Assembly (NCBI GenBank): GCA_963847445.1
Contig: CAWJZV010000017.1
Span: forward strand, 32,001 to 96,000
Source of the DNA: an uncultured delta proteobacterium
GTDB taxonomy: Bacteria > Desulfobacterota > Binatia > UBA9968
Length of the DNA: 64,000 bases
Direction: 5' to 3'
Part shown: positions 40,366 to 49,881 of the stretch, piece after piece
Position numbering within the stretch: the first letter of the stretch is position 1
Layout: the number at the start of each line of letters is the position of its first letter
Position numbers and translations under genes: made by a program
The notes under the pieces: model-generated
Told to the model about the DNA's origin: nothing
Seen by the model: only the letters and a program-made list of their open reading frames with translations
Databases searched by the model: none

Positions 40366-42109
40366 CTAATTCACCCGGCGAGTCAATCCCGGCAGTAGCG
40401 GTCGCAACATCGCGTTACTACCCACTCTGATCGGCATACGATCTTCGTTCTGATAGTTGCGTCGCTCTATTGGGCGCAAGCCGTCTTGATTCCGGTTGCC
40501 TTGGCGATGTTGCTGACCTTTTTGTTAAGTCCGGTTGCCGCCGCCCTTGAACGGATAGGACTTGGGCGGATTTCATCGGTCATCCTTGTCGCAGTTCTGA
40601 CTTTTTCCCTCCTCGGCGGCATCGGCTGGATCGTCACTCTTCAATTTGGCAGCCTGGCTAACGAGCTGCCCCAATACACCGGTAACTTGAGACAAAAAAT
40701 TGCCGACGTGCGCGGCGCGGCTAAGGGCGGTGCCTTAGAGAAGGTCCAACAGACCGTTGAGGCAGTGACGAGCGAGATTCAGCAAGGTGACGAGCCCGCT
40801 AAGGGCAAAGATCAGCGCCCTCCTGTCATCGTGGAGTCGATGGAATCCTTCACGTTTTGGCCCGTTCCATCGGCTATCGGGCCGATGTTGGAGCGGTTCG
40901 CCAGCGCCGGCCTCGTGATTGTGCTGGTGATCTTCATGCTCAGTCAGCGCGAAGACTTGCGCAACCGTTTGATCCGTCTCGTGGGATATGGCCGGTTGAC
41001 GTTTACGACCAGCGCGCTGGAAGAAGCCGGGCAGCGCATAAGCCGCTATTTGCTCATGCAGACAATCATCAACTCTTCTTTCGGACTAGCGGTGACTGTG
41101 GCGCTCTATATGATCGGTGTTCCCTACGCGGTGCTTTGGGGCTTTTTCGCGGCGGTGTTGCGTTTCATCCCGTATGTCGGGCCCTTCGCGGCTGCAATCG
41201 TGCCGAGCGCTCTTAGCTTGGCTGTTTTTGACGGTTGGCTATGGCCGATCCTGGTTGTCGGGATTTTCGTGGCTCTGGAACTCACCTGTAATATGGTTTT
41301 GGAGCCATTGCTTTATGCCGAGAGCGCCGGCGTTTCGGGGGTTGGACTTTTGGTCGCAGTCGCGTTCTGGACTTGGCTTTGGGGGCCGGTTGGTCTTGTC
41401 CTGGCCACCCCGCTCACGGTCTGTGTCGTCGTGTTCAGCAAGTACATCCCAAGGATGGATTTTATCGCGGTGCTGATGAGCGATCAGCCAGCCATGGAAT
41501 CAAACATCAGCTACTACCAGCGACTGTTAGCTCTGGACCAAGCTGAGGCGACGGAGATTGTCGAAGAACATCTCAAGACCCATGAACAGGAGCAAATTTT
41601 CGATGCGGTGCTGATTCCGGCGCTGAACTATGCTCGGAGAGACCGCGATCTCGGTAGGCTGACGGACGATGGCGAGCAATTCGTTTTCCGAGCGACAAGG
41701 GAGATCCTCGATGACCTGAAGAAATTGCCGCCCGACAGCTCGTCGGCGCCATCAGACCCAGAAAAAATCGCGCTGGACGGTAATGATTTGGCTGCCACGC
41801 TGGCGAAAGTCCGCGTCTTGGCGTGTCCTGCTCGCGACGAAGCCGACGAACTAGCTCTCGACATGTTTCGCCATCTGCTTGAGCCCACGAGATATGCAGT
41901 GGAAATTATGTCCGACTCTGATGCTTGCTTCCGAAGTCGTTGACCTTATTGGTGATCGCCGTCCAGCAATGATTCTTATCGTTACCGTCTCACCCGGCGG
42001 ACTAGGCCAGACACGTTATCTCTGCAAGCGCGCGAGCAAGCTTCCGGAGCAGTATCCGCGCGCCGGCACCGACAGGGTGGCACGACAATGCGCCGTCTTG
42101 TGCGGCTAA
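40362..42109 (+). CDS. AI-2E family transporter with cytoplasmic tail (indels at both ends)
   Basis: LRFIPYVGP, FWTWLWGPVGLVLATPLT, YYQRLLA; ATGA overlap with YihY gene. Confidence 0.88.
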
Positions 42110-42241
42110 TTGCTCGAACATAATTCACATCGCTTCGAGCAGCACGGTTCCGTCAAGGATCAGAAATTTTATGATCTCTCACGCATTTATCATTTAATTT
42201 TATCAATCTGTTTTATTTCAGCCCGCACTTGATATCTAGGT

Positions 42242-42364
42242 CGACCATTTGGTCGTGTGCGTCGACCCGTTTGACGAGTCGTTTGTGGATTTCCCTCCGC
42301 GAGCGTCTGGAAGCTAGCGGAATCACTGCCTTTCCCACTTGGCAAACTCCGGCACAAATAGTGC
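42242..42364 (+). promoter_or_regulatory. enhancer + sigma54 promoter cassette copy 9
   Basis: CGAC-CATTTG-GTCG-TGTGCGT-CGAC-CCGTT-TGACG; CGGCACAAATAGTGC at 42350. Confidence 0.8.
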
Positions 42365-42410
42365 TCCACTTAGTGGGTGTAAAAACTAAGTGCAAACGAG
42401 GAGATTCACT

Positions 42411-42557
42411 ATGCGCTCGATAATCTTGGCAACGCTCATGCTCGTCCTGTTAGGCACGAACCTGGCCTGCAACACAATTCACGGATTTGGCCGAGACGTT
42501 GAGCGGGCCGGCGAAAAGACTCAGGACGCGGCCGACGCCGTGAAGAAGAAATTGTAG
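42411..42557 (+). CDS. entericidin EcnA/B family lipoprotein (48 aa)
   Basis: LACNTIHGFGRDVERAGE; GAGGAG RBS; below ORF-track cutoff. Confidence 0.85.
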   Translation: MRSIILATLMLVLLGTNLACNTIHGFGRDVERAGEKTQDAADAVKKKL

Positions 42558-42653
42558 GGCCGATCAAAGAAGCGAAACGCAGGGAGCATTAAATCGGGCT
42601 GGCACGAGCCTTCATTGCGTGAATGCAGGCCTGACGATTTGTTTTTGCAAAAG

Positions 42654-42669
42654 CGTCCAAAATTAGACA
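42654..42669. promoter_or_regulatory. Crp/Fnr-like box
   Basis: CGTC-CAAAATTA-GACA upstream of ORF 42824. Confidence 0.55.
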
Positions 42670-42823
42670 GCAGTCCCGGACTCTTCATCGTATCGGTAAA
42701 TATATTAAGGCGTGGGGTTTTGGCCGTGCGTAGCGGCGGTAGGCGCTCTCGGCACAAGCGCAGATTACCAAACTGAAAAATTTCAGGTCGAGAAAGACTC
42801 GATCATTTAAAACAGGAAAGTTT

Positions 42824-43521
42824 ATGAATCTGATCAATCGTTGGATAGCGAGTTTAACTTTGGCCATGGCGTTGACGCTAAGCACTGGTTGCATGGAAAA
42901 CATCGCGTTAATCGGCAGACCTACGCTTCAGTTGGATCAAGAAGAGATTTTCGCGGAGATAGCCCGTGTGGATACTGCATCTCGGCAGCTTCATCTGCGG
43001 CCGGAAGACAGCCGCGACCGGGTGGTCGGGTATAGCGTTGACGCCCGTGTGCTCTATCGCGGCCGAGAATACTCGATCGCGCAATTAGCGAGCGGAGATA
43101 AGGTCTCCATGCAGCTAAAGCAGGACTCACGCGGCAATTCTTATACGGATTTGATTCGGGTTCAGGAAACCATCCAGGATCGCAATCAGAGTCGTCACGG
43201 TGATGCCAGTCCGGAGTCGACGATCCAATCGCTCGATGGAAGGGTGGAGCAGCTCGACAGCGCCACGGCTTGGCTTTGTTGCGCTGGTGTGAGGATGCAG
43301 ACGCTCGACGGGCGGTGGCCAAGGTGGATTTTCAGCGTCAATCCTTCGAAATTCGCGATCAGCCCAGAGACCGGTTGATCGTTTTCCTTTCGTCCACCGC
43401 TGAGAGATTTGATGTGGATCATTTTCGTGCACTTCGGGATGGCGATTATGTTCGAGTCGAAGGGATATTTCTCGATCGACAACGATTTGAGTTGGCTACT
43501 TTCCTTCGCGACAACCGATAA
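42824..43521 (+). CDS. hypothetical lipoprotein with repeated beta domains (indels)
   Basis: lipobox STGC; LASGDKVSM and LRDGDYVRVEG in successive frames. Confidence 0.6.
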
Positions 43522-43565
43522 CAGATTGACCATCGGCGCGGCTTGAGCTGACGAGAGGAGAAACG

Positions 43566-44241
43566 ATGAGATACCTTCGGACTATAGCCACTTTGATCTT
43601 GGTCGCACTGCCCAGCCGGCTGCGCGCTGGAGACCGCTTCATCGCGCCGACCCGCGCCACAGGAATCGCCGCGCGCTTCGACCGGTCGCCCGCTCGATGC
43701 CAGGCAGACGGAGCGAGTGCAGCGGATCATGATGCCGCTAATGCGCGCGACCAATAACCCGCGCCGCTTAAACGAGGTCCGAGTCCGGGTTCTTGACGAT
43801 CCAAACATCAACGCCGCCAACGCCGGCGGCGGCGAGTTTCTAGTGACGACCGGTCTTCTGCAAAAGGCCAACGATGAGCACCTCAGAGGGGTGCTGGCAC
43901 ACGAGATTGCTCACGACGACCTTGGCCATGTGGCCAGAGCACAGACTTTGGGCACAGGGCTCAATATCGGCGTGATTCTGCTCGAGCAGTTTTTTCCGGG
44001 CAGCGGCGCGGTGACGCCGATCGCGGGCGCATTGATTGCAAATAGTTATAGCCGCTCAGAGGAAATCGAAGCGGACCGTCACGGTGTCGAGATCTTGCGC
44101 CGGGCCGGATATTCCAAAGAGGTAATGATCGACACGCTGACGTGGCTGACGCGCAGCGCAGGAGGCGACAAGGGCGGAGGTTTTTTGTCCACGCATCCCG
44201 CGACGGAAGATAGAATCGCCGCTTTGAGAAAGTTGGCATGA
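43566..44241 (+). CDS. M48 family metalloprotease (5' indels)
   Basis: INAANAGG, VLAHEIAH, YSRSEEIEAD, FLSTHP. Confidence 0.88.
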
Positions 44242-44344
44242 AGGGCGCGACATTGGAGACTCGACAAGTTCTTAGTCAGCAAGATGAAGGAAGAAGCGGG
44301 ATGGAAATATTTACGTTTTCAGAAACAAGGCATGGGGGTGATTT

Positions 44345-44656
44345 ATGGTGCGAACATTCAAAATCGTGACAGTTACATTGGCGCTTATGTTGGTCTTGAA
44401 CGGCTGCCAAGCAATGACCGGTGCAACCGCGGGAGAGAACATCGATGACGGCACCCTTACGACCTATGTGAAGACCGCACTCGCAGGAGAGCGGGTTAAC
44501 ACCCTGACACGTGTGGGCGTCGAGACCAACAACGCCATCGTGGTCCTTACCGGCGAAGTCGAGACCGCCCAGGAGAAGTCGCGCGCTGGAACGGTTGCCG
44601 GGCAGGTAAAGGGCGTCAGGCAGGTGGTCAACAACCTGCAAGTTATCAAGCGTTAG
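44345..44656 (+). CDS. BON-domain lipoprotein
   Basis: LNGC lipobox; DDGTLTTYVK, VVLTGEV, GVRQVVNNL. Confidence 0.9.
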   Translation: MVRTFKIVTVTLALMLVLNGCQAMTGATAGENIDDGTLTTYVKTALAGERVNTLTRVGVETNNAIVVLTGEVETAQEKSRAGTVAGQVKGVRQVVNNLQVIKR

Positions 44657-44702
44657 AGGCTGACTGCGCCAACATTAGAGCATTCGATAAGATCAAAAAT
44701 TT

Positions 44703-45006
44703 ATGACAACGAACGGTGAATCGAAATTCTCGTACTTACTAATCGGTCTAGGGTTGGGCGCTATTGGCGGACTAATGGCCGCAATTCTCGCCCATAGAGA
44801 GACGCCGCGAGGGGTTGCGTGAACGCAGCGGGAAAAGCTTGGACTACCTCAATCATCAAGCGGGTAAGTTGCGCGAGACCGCCGATGTTATCGTGCAACA
44901 GGGAAAGAATCTCATAGCTGGCAATGGCTCCGACTTGGTCGATCGCTCCACGACCGCCGAAAAGCAAGCCTATCAGGAAGGCAAGCGAGAAAACTTGGGC
45001 GGCTAA
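44703..45006 (+). CDS. YtxH-like protein (indel)
   Basis: ATG 44703, FSYLLIGLGLGAIGGLM, continuing to KQAYQEGKR. Confidence 0.6.
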
Positions 45007-45044
45007 GAGTATCGAGGGCTGCCTAAAGCGAAGGAATGAATACA

Positions 45045-45275
45045 ATGCGCATGAATCCGATAACGCTTGTTGGGATCGCCCTGATCGTACTGGGAATAGT
45101 GGCTTTTGCTTATCAGGGCATCACCTACACAAGCCGCGAGACAGTGATCGATATTGGCCCTATCAAGGCCACCGCCGAGACCCAGAAAACCATCCCGCTC
45201 TCGCCTCTCCTGGGCGGGTTGGCGCTTGTCGGCGGCATCGTCTTGGTGGTGGTCGGAGCCAAGCGGTCGTCTTAG
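45045..45275 (+). CDS. DUF3185-like small membrane protein
   Basis: GIALIVLGI..YQGITYT..IDIGPI...TIPLSPLLGG. Confidence 0.8.
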   Translation: MRMNPITLVGIALIVLGIVAFAYQGITYTSRETVIDIGPIKATAETQKTIPLSPLLGGLALVGGIVLVVVGAKRSS

Positions 45276-45352
45276 CGGCGCGCCAGATTGGCAGAGTCGT
45301 GGCCAAATCGATGGCGCAGCGATTTCTAAAAATTAGCTAGGGAGGATTGGAC

Positions 45353-45436
45353 ATGGATACTTCGCTTTTATTGCAGCTAGCGCTGGTATTCGTCGCGCTT
45401 TGGCTCGGAATACTGATGATCAGGGGAAGAATCTGA
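45353..45436 (+). CDS. 27-aa single-TM microprotein MDTSLLLQLALVFVALWLGILMIRGRI
   Basis: GGAGGA RBS; hydrophobic; fills intergenic gap. Confidence 0.5.
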   Translation: MDTSLLLQLALVFVALWLGILMIRGRI

Positions 45437-45466
45437 TCGGGCTACATCGGTGGAAGGGGAGGAATC

Positions 45467-46696
45467 ATGAAACACGCCAACATTGCCGGAAAGATTCGTC
45501 AAATCGCGTTCCTCGGCAATCACTTGCCGCGCCAGTGCGGCATCGCTACTTTTACCACCGATCTGAGCGGCGCGATCGCCGCGGAGTCTTCCCATGCCGA
45601 CTGCTTCGTGGTCGCGATGAACGACCCCGGCAAACAGTATGCGTATCCGCCGCGAGTCCGCTTCGAGGTGGCCGAGAGCGATATCGCGTCCTACCGCGGC
45701 GCAGCGGATTTTTTGAACGCTAACAAGATCGATGTCGTGTCCGTGCAGCACGAGTACGGCATCTTCGGTGGCAAGGCGGGCAACTACCTGCTCACGATCC
45801 TACGCAATTTGCGCATGCCGATCGTGACCACCGTTCACACCATGCTCGGCAAGCCGGATTCCATGCAGCGTCGAGCGATGAATGAGATCGCTCGGCTTTC
45901 GAAGCGGCTCGTCGTCATGAGCGCCCACGGCGCGGCCCTCCTCCATAACGTTCACGGCGTGGCCAAAGATAAAATCGATATCATCCCGCACGGGATTCCG
46001 AGCGTGCCGGTCGCCGGCCGGAGCAAGAGAGAACTCGGGATCGAAGGCAAGTCGGTGCTTCTTACATTTGGACTGCTGTCGCCGGATAAGGGTATCGAGC
46101 ATGTCATCGACGCGCTGCCGGGGATTCTTGCGCGCAATCCGGACACGGTTTATGTCGTGCTCGGAGCTACCCATCCACATATCAAAGAGCGCTCCGGCGA
46201 GAGCTACCGCGAAAGCCTGGAGCGCCAGGTGCAAGCACTCGGCGTGGAATCCAGCGTGATCTTTCACAATCGTTTCGTCAGCCATGGCGAACTCGTCAAG
46301 TTTCTCGCCGCCGCGGACATCTATGTAACGCCGTATCTCAAGCCGGAGCAGAGCACGTCGGGGACTTTGGCCTATGCGGTCGGCTCGGGCAAAGCGGTTA
46401 TTTCCACGCCTTATCTTTATGCCCGCGAACTCCTCGCTGACGGACGCGGCATACTCGTGCCGCCGAGAGATTCGCGGACCATCACCCGCGCGGTGGTTGA
46501 CCTCTTGAGCGACGATGCAAAACGATTGGCACTGTGCGAGCGCGCGGCCGCGTACGGCCGCAGCATGGTTTGGCCCGCGGTGGCCCGCCGCTACCTGCAG
46601 AGCTTCGACCAGGCATGCAGTCAACAATCCCTGCCCCGAGTTAGCCGAGGATTAGACGTATCGTTGACCGCGCCTCTTAATTCAAACGTTTTCTAA
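45467..46696 (+). CDS. glycosyltransferase family 4
   Basis: PRQCGIATFT, QHEYGIFGG, FGLLSPDKG, SGTLAYA. Confidence 0.9.
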   Translation: MKHANIAGKIRQIAFLGNHLPRQCGIATFTTDLSGAIAAESSHADCFVVAMNDPGKQYAYPPRVRFEVAESDIASYRGAADFLNANKIDVVSVQHEYGIFGGKAGNYLLTILRNLRMPIVTTVHTMLGKPDSMQRRAMNEIARLSKRLVVMSAHGAALLHNVHGVAKDKIDIIPHGIPSVPVAGRSKRELGIEGKSVLLTFGLLSPDKGIEHVIDALPGILARNPDTVYVVLGATHPHIKERSGESYRESLERQVQALGVESSVIFHNRFVSHGELVKFLAAADIYVTPYLKPEQSTSGTLAYAVGSGKAVISTPYLYARELLADGRGILVPPRDSRTITRAVVDLLSDDAKRLALCERAAAYGRSMVWPAVARRYLQSFDQACSQQSLPRVSRGLDVSLTAPLNSNVF

Positions 46697-46741
46697 GACA
46701 AGGATTCGAAACGAGTAAAATCGCAAAGGAGTTGCACTTTC

Positions 46742-47395
46742 ATGGACAAGCTTTCTCTATATCAAACCGCTTATACAAAATATCCCTATACGCTGCCGCC
46801 GCTCGAATATGCGTATGATGCGCTCGAGCCGCACATCGACGAACAAACCATGCATTTGCATCATGACAAGCATCATCAGACTTATATCGATGACGCCAAC
46901 AAAGCGGTCGGCAAATATCCTGCGCTGCAGAAAAGCGATCTAGTGACGCTATTGGCTGAGCTCAGCGAGTTACCTGCCGATATCAGGACGCCGTTGCAAA
47001 GCAGCGGCGGCGGCCACCTCAATCACGCGTTATTCTGGGGATACATGACGCCACAGGGCGGCGGTGAGCCCCACGGCAAGCTGGCAAAGGCGATGACAAA
47101 GACATTTGGCGGATTCGCTCAATTCAAAAAAAAGTTCGATGATGCCGCTAAAAAGCGTTCGGGCAGCGGTTGGGCGTGGCTCTTCGTAACCTCCACGGGC
47201 GACTTGGAGACTGGCTCAACGGCGAACCAAGAGACGCCATTATCAAACGGCCAGCTGCCAATTTTAGCTCTCGATGTGTGGGAACACGCGTATTATCTCA
47301 AGTACCACAACCAGCGAGCCGAGTACGTTACGAATTGGTGGCGAGTGGTGAACTGGAAGAAGGTCGAGGAACAGTTCGACAGCATCACCGCTTAA
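46742..47395 (+). CDS. sodA: Fe/Mn superoxide dismutase, Mn-type signature
   Basis: HHDKHHQTY, GGGHLNHALFW, NQETP, DVWEHAYY. Confidence 0.92.
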   Translation: MDKLSLYQTAYTKYPYTLPPLEYAYDALEPHIDEQTMHLHHDKHHQTYIDDANKAVGKYPALQKSDLVTLLAELSELPADIRTPLQSSGGGHLNHALFWGYMTPQGGGEPHGKLAKAMTKTFGGFAQFKKKFDDAAKKRSGSGWAWLFVTSTGDLETGSTANQETPLSNGQLPILALDVWEHAYYLKYHNQRAEYVTNWWRVVNWKKVEEQFDSITA

Positions 47396-47452
47396 CCGGG
47401 TCGAAAATCGCGCGACAATTAACGGCGTTTTTAGAGTGAAAGGATAACCGAC

Positions 47453-47659
47453 GTGAAAACAAACCGTGGCGATAACCGTATCGACACTACGTTGGGAGAG
47501 CTGATAGCGGCCGTCAGCGAGTGCGCCTTCGAATATTCCGCTGATACCAGAGAAGCCTATGATCTCGCCCGTTTGGTTTTGGTCGAGTTGCTGAAAGGGG
47601 CTTGCCCCAAAAGCGAAATCATCGAACTGGACTTTGGCGGAACTATGCGCCTGCATTGA
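47453..47659 (+). CDS. small hypothetical protein
   Basis: AAGGA RBS, GTG start, TTLGELIAAV. Confidence 0.55.
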   Translation: MKTNRGDNRIDTTLGELIAAVSECAFEYSADTREAYDLARLVLVELLKGACPKSEIIELDFGGTMRLH

Positions 47660-47686
47660 GCGGTTTCACCGGGCCATCGGGAGCGT

Positions 47687-47777
47687 TTAATCGCTGCGGG
47701 TTAATTCCCCGCAGCTTGCGACGAACCTTCGTGGGCGGAGGCTTCGATACCCCTTAGCTTGCTTCGGGGTAGTTCAT
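47687..47777. repeat. GCAAGCT-hairpin palindromic element
   Basis: reverse complement TGAACTACCCCGAAGCAAGCTAAGGGGTATC...GCAAGCTGCGGGGAATTAACCC matches the ends of 14787-14960. Confidence 0.65.
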
Positions 47778-47908
47778 TTTCGAACGTAGCTCGTCTAAGC
47801 AGATGTAGCATGTCAAAAATAACGGCACCGAGGTTTGGCGATTCGTGGGAATGTACCCGATTCCACGTGATCGCAAATTTACCTGCCCCAGTGACCAAGA
47901 GGAATACC

Positions 47909-49334
47909 ATGAGAATTAATATTTGGGATCGGCTGGCGATGGCGCTTGTCATCAGCACCCTGTCATTGACGGGGACCGGCATAGCGGCCGATGGGCCGCG
48001 AGAACCGCAGGAAGAGCAAAAGCGCGAAAAGGATGAAAAGCAGCAACAACGAAAAGAAGATCAGCAACAAGAGCGCGCACAGCAAAAATCGGAGCAGGAC
48101 CAGAAGCAACAGCAGCAGCGCGTCCAGCAGCAACAGCAGCAACAAGAGCAAAAGCAGAAACAAGACCAGCAGCAGCAAGAGCGCGCGCAGCAAAAATCAG
48201 AGCAGGACCAGAAGCAACAGCAGCAGCGCGTCCAGCAGCAACAAGAGCAAAAGCAGAAACAAGAGCAGCAGCAGCAAGAGCAGCGCGCAGCGAAAGTCAG
48301 AACAAGACAAGAAGCAACAACAGCAGCTCGTCCAGCAACAACAGCAGCAGCTAGAACAAAAGCAGAAACAAGAGCAGCAGCAGCAAGAGCGCGCGCAGCA
48401 AAAATCAGAGCAAGACAAGAAGCAACAGCAACAGCGCGTCCAGCAGCAGCAAGAGCAAAAGCAGAAGCAAGACCAGCAGCAGCAAGAGCGGGTTGAAAGA
48501 AAATCGGAGCAAGAGCAGAAGCAACAGCAGCAGCGCGTTGAACAGAAACAGCAGCAGCAAGAGCAAAAGCAGCAGCGGCAGGAGAAGGCGCAGCGAGAAT
48601 CAGAGCAGGACCAGAAAGAATTTCGCGCGCGGCAACAGCAGCAGCAAGAGCGGATTGAGCGTCGATCCGAGCAACTCGATGAGCGACGCGAGCAGCAACA
48701 GGACAGGCAAGAGCAAATTCAGCGACAGCGTCTGTCCCAGCAGCAGCAACAACTGCGGATTAAAGAGCAGCGACAACGCGTAGAGCTGTACCGCCAGCAT
48801 CTAGAGCAGCAGGAACGTCTCCACGAACAGCATATCCAGGCGTTACAGCAACAAAATCGCATTGCCCAGTACCGGTTTCAGCGACAGTATCTGGAACGGC
48901 TACGCCAGCAACAGCTAAGTCTCCGCAACGACCGGTTTGATTACGATAATGACCCGTACTTCTACACGGCTTCGACCTATCGTTACAATCGTGGCGGTCG
49001 CAACTACGAAACCAATCGATACGGTGCGAGGACGCTACGTCAGGCGGTTAACTATGGCTATGAAGAAGGGGTCCGCGCTGGCAAGGCAGACCGCGAAGAC
49101 CGTTGGCGTTCCAATTACAAAGATTCTTATGCCTATAGGGACGCAAACTACGGCTATCGGGGCTATTACGTAAACCGGACCGATTACAACCACTACTTCC
49201 GCGAGGGCTTCCGGCGCGGTTATCAAGATGGTTTCAATAGCCGATACCAATACGGTCGCGTCGCCGATGGAAACCCCGCCATCATGGATAACATTATGTC
49301 ACAAATCCTCAATTTCCAGGATCTTCGCCGATGA
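47909..49334 (+). CDS. secreted Gln-rich repeat protein with Tyr/Gly/Arg-rich C-terminal domain (indel near 48290)
   Basis: signal peptide, GAGGA RBS, repeats of QQQERAQQKSEQDQKQQQQRVQQQQEQKQKQD; GYEEG..AG..DR and YFREGFRRGYQDG. Confidence 0.82.
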
Positions 49335-49558
49335 CCGAGAGAGGTCGAGGCGCGTTGACATTGCAAGCAGGCGAATCGACGTCAGAACCGCGCGTAATCG
49401 ATCGGAAGCGAACTCATCGGAACCTGGCGCAGATTGCGTAGCGGCGGGGCCGTGGTATTAGTATCTTGATTCCTACCCTCGCCGCGCTTAAGATCCGTCG
49501 TATATGGCGAAGGTGAGCCGATAACTGTATAAATGCCTATGAAGGGAATGAAGATTTC

Positions 49559-49789
49559 GTGGATGCAAAACCGCTGATACAAGTCGGAATCGCCTGCATT
49601 TTTCTCGGCATCGTTGCTTTCACCTATCGCGGCGATGCCGATACTAGTCGCGAACAAGCCGCCCAACTCTGGACGGTTCAAGCCGGCGCCGATGCGATGA
49701 AAACCCTGGCGCTCTCACCGCTGTTGGCTGGCTTGGTGCTGGCGGGCGGGATCGGGCTGGTTGCCCTCGGAATTAGAAAATCAGCGTAG
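49559..49789 (+). CDS. DUF3185-like small membrane protein, paralog of 45045
   Basis: GIACIFLGIVAFTYRG..TSRE...LSPLLAGL. Confidence 0.65.
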   Translation: MDAKPLIQVGIACIFLGIVAFTYRGDADTSREQAAQLWTVQAGADAMKTLALSPLLAGLVLAGGIGLVALGIRKSA

Positions 49790-49881
49790 CGCTGTAAAGT
49801 AACGATCTCCAGCGAATCTCTGTGCTGTAACAGCGACGGGTTAGTAGGAAACAAGGTTATCTATCGTAAGCCGCGGACTCC

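Noticed and set aside
757-42364. CGAC/GTCG repeats as a CRISPR array, attC sites or MITE ends
   Set aside because: Copies are dispersed and degenerate with no spacers, cas genes, integrase or target duplications; fixed distance to sigma54 boxes fits an operator better.
45467-46696. Glycosyltransferase as a truncated fusion protein
   Set aside because: The GT-B fold appears complete and no remnant of a further domain is visible downstream.
1351-47840. Other GGCAC sites (about 1351, 22488, 27538, 42080, 42600, 47823) as sigma54 promoters
   Set aside because: No GC exactly 10 nt after the GG and no upstream enhancer.
47963-48800. Poly-Ser, poly-Leu and poly-Cys ORFs
   Set aside because: Alternative-frame shadows of the CAG/CAA-rich gene.
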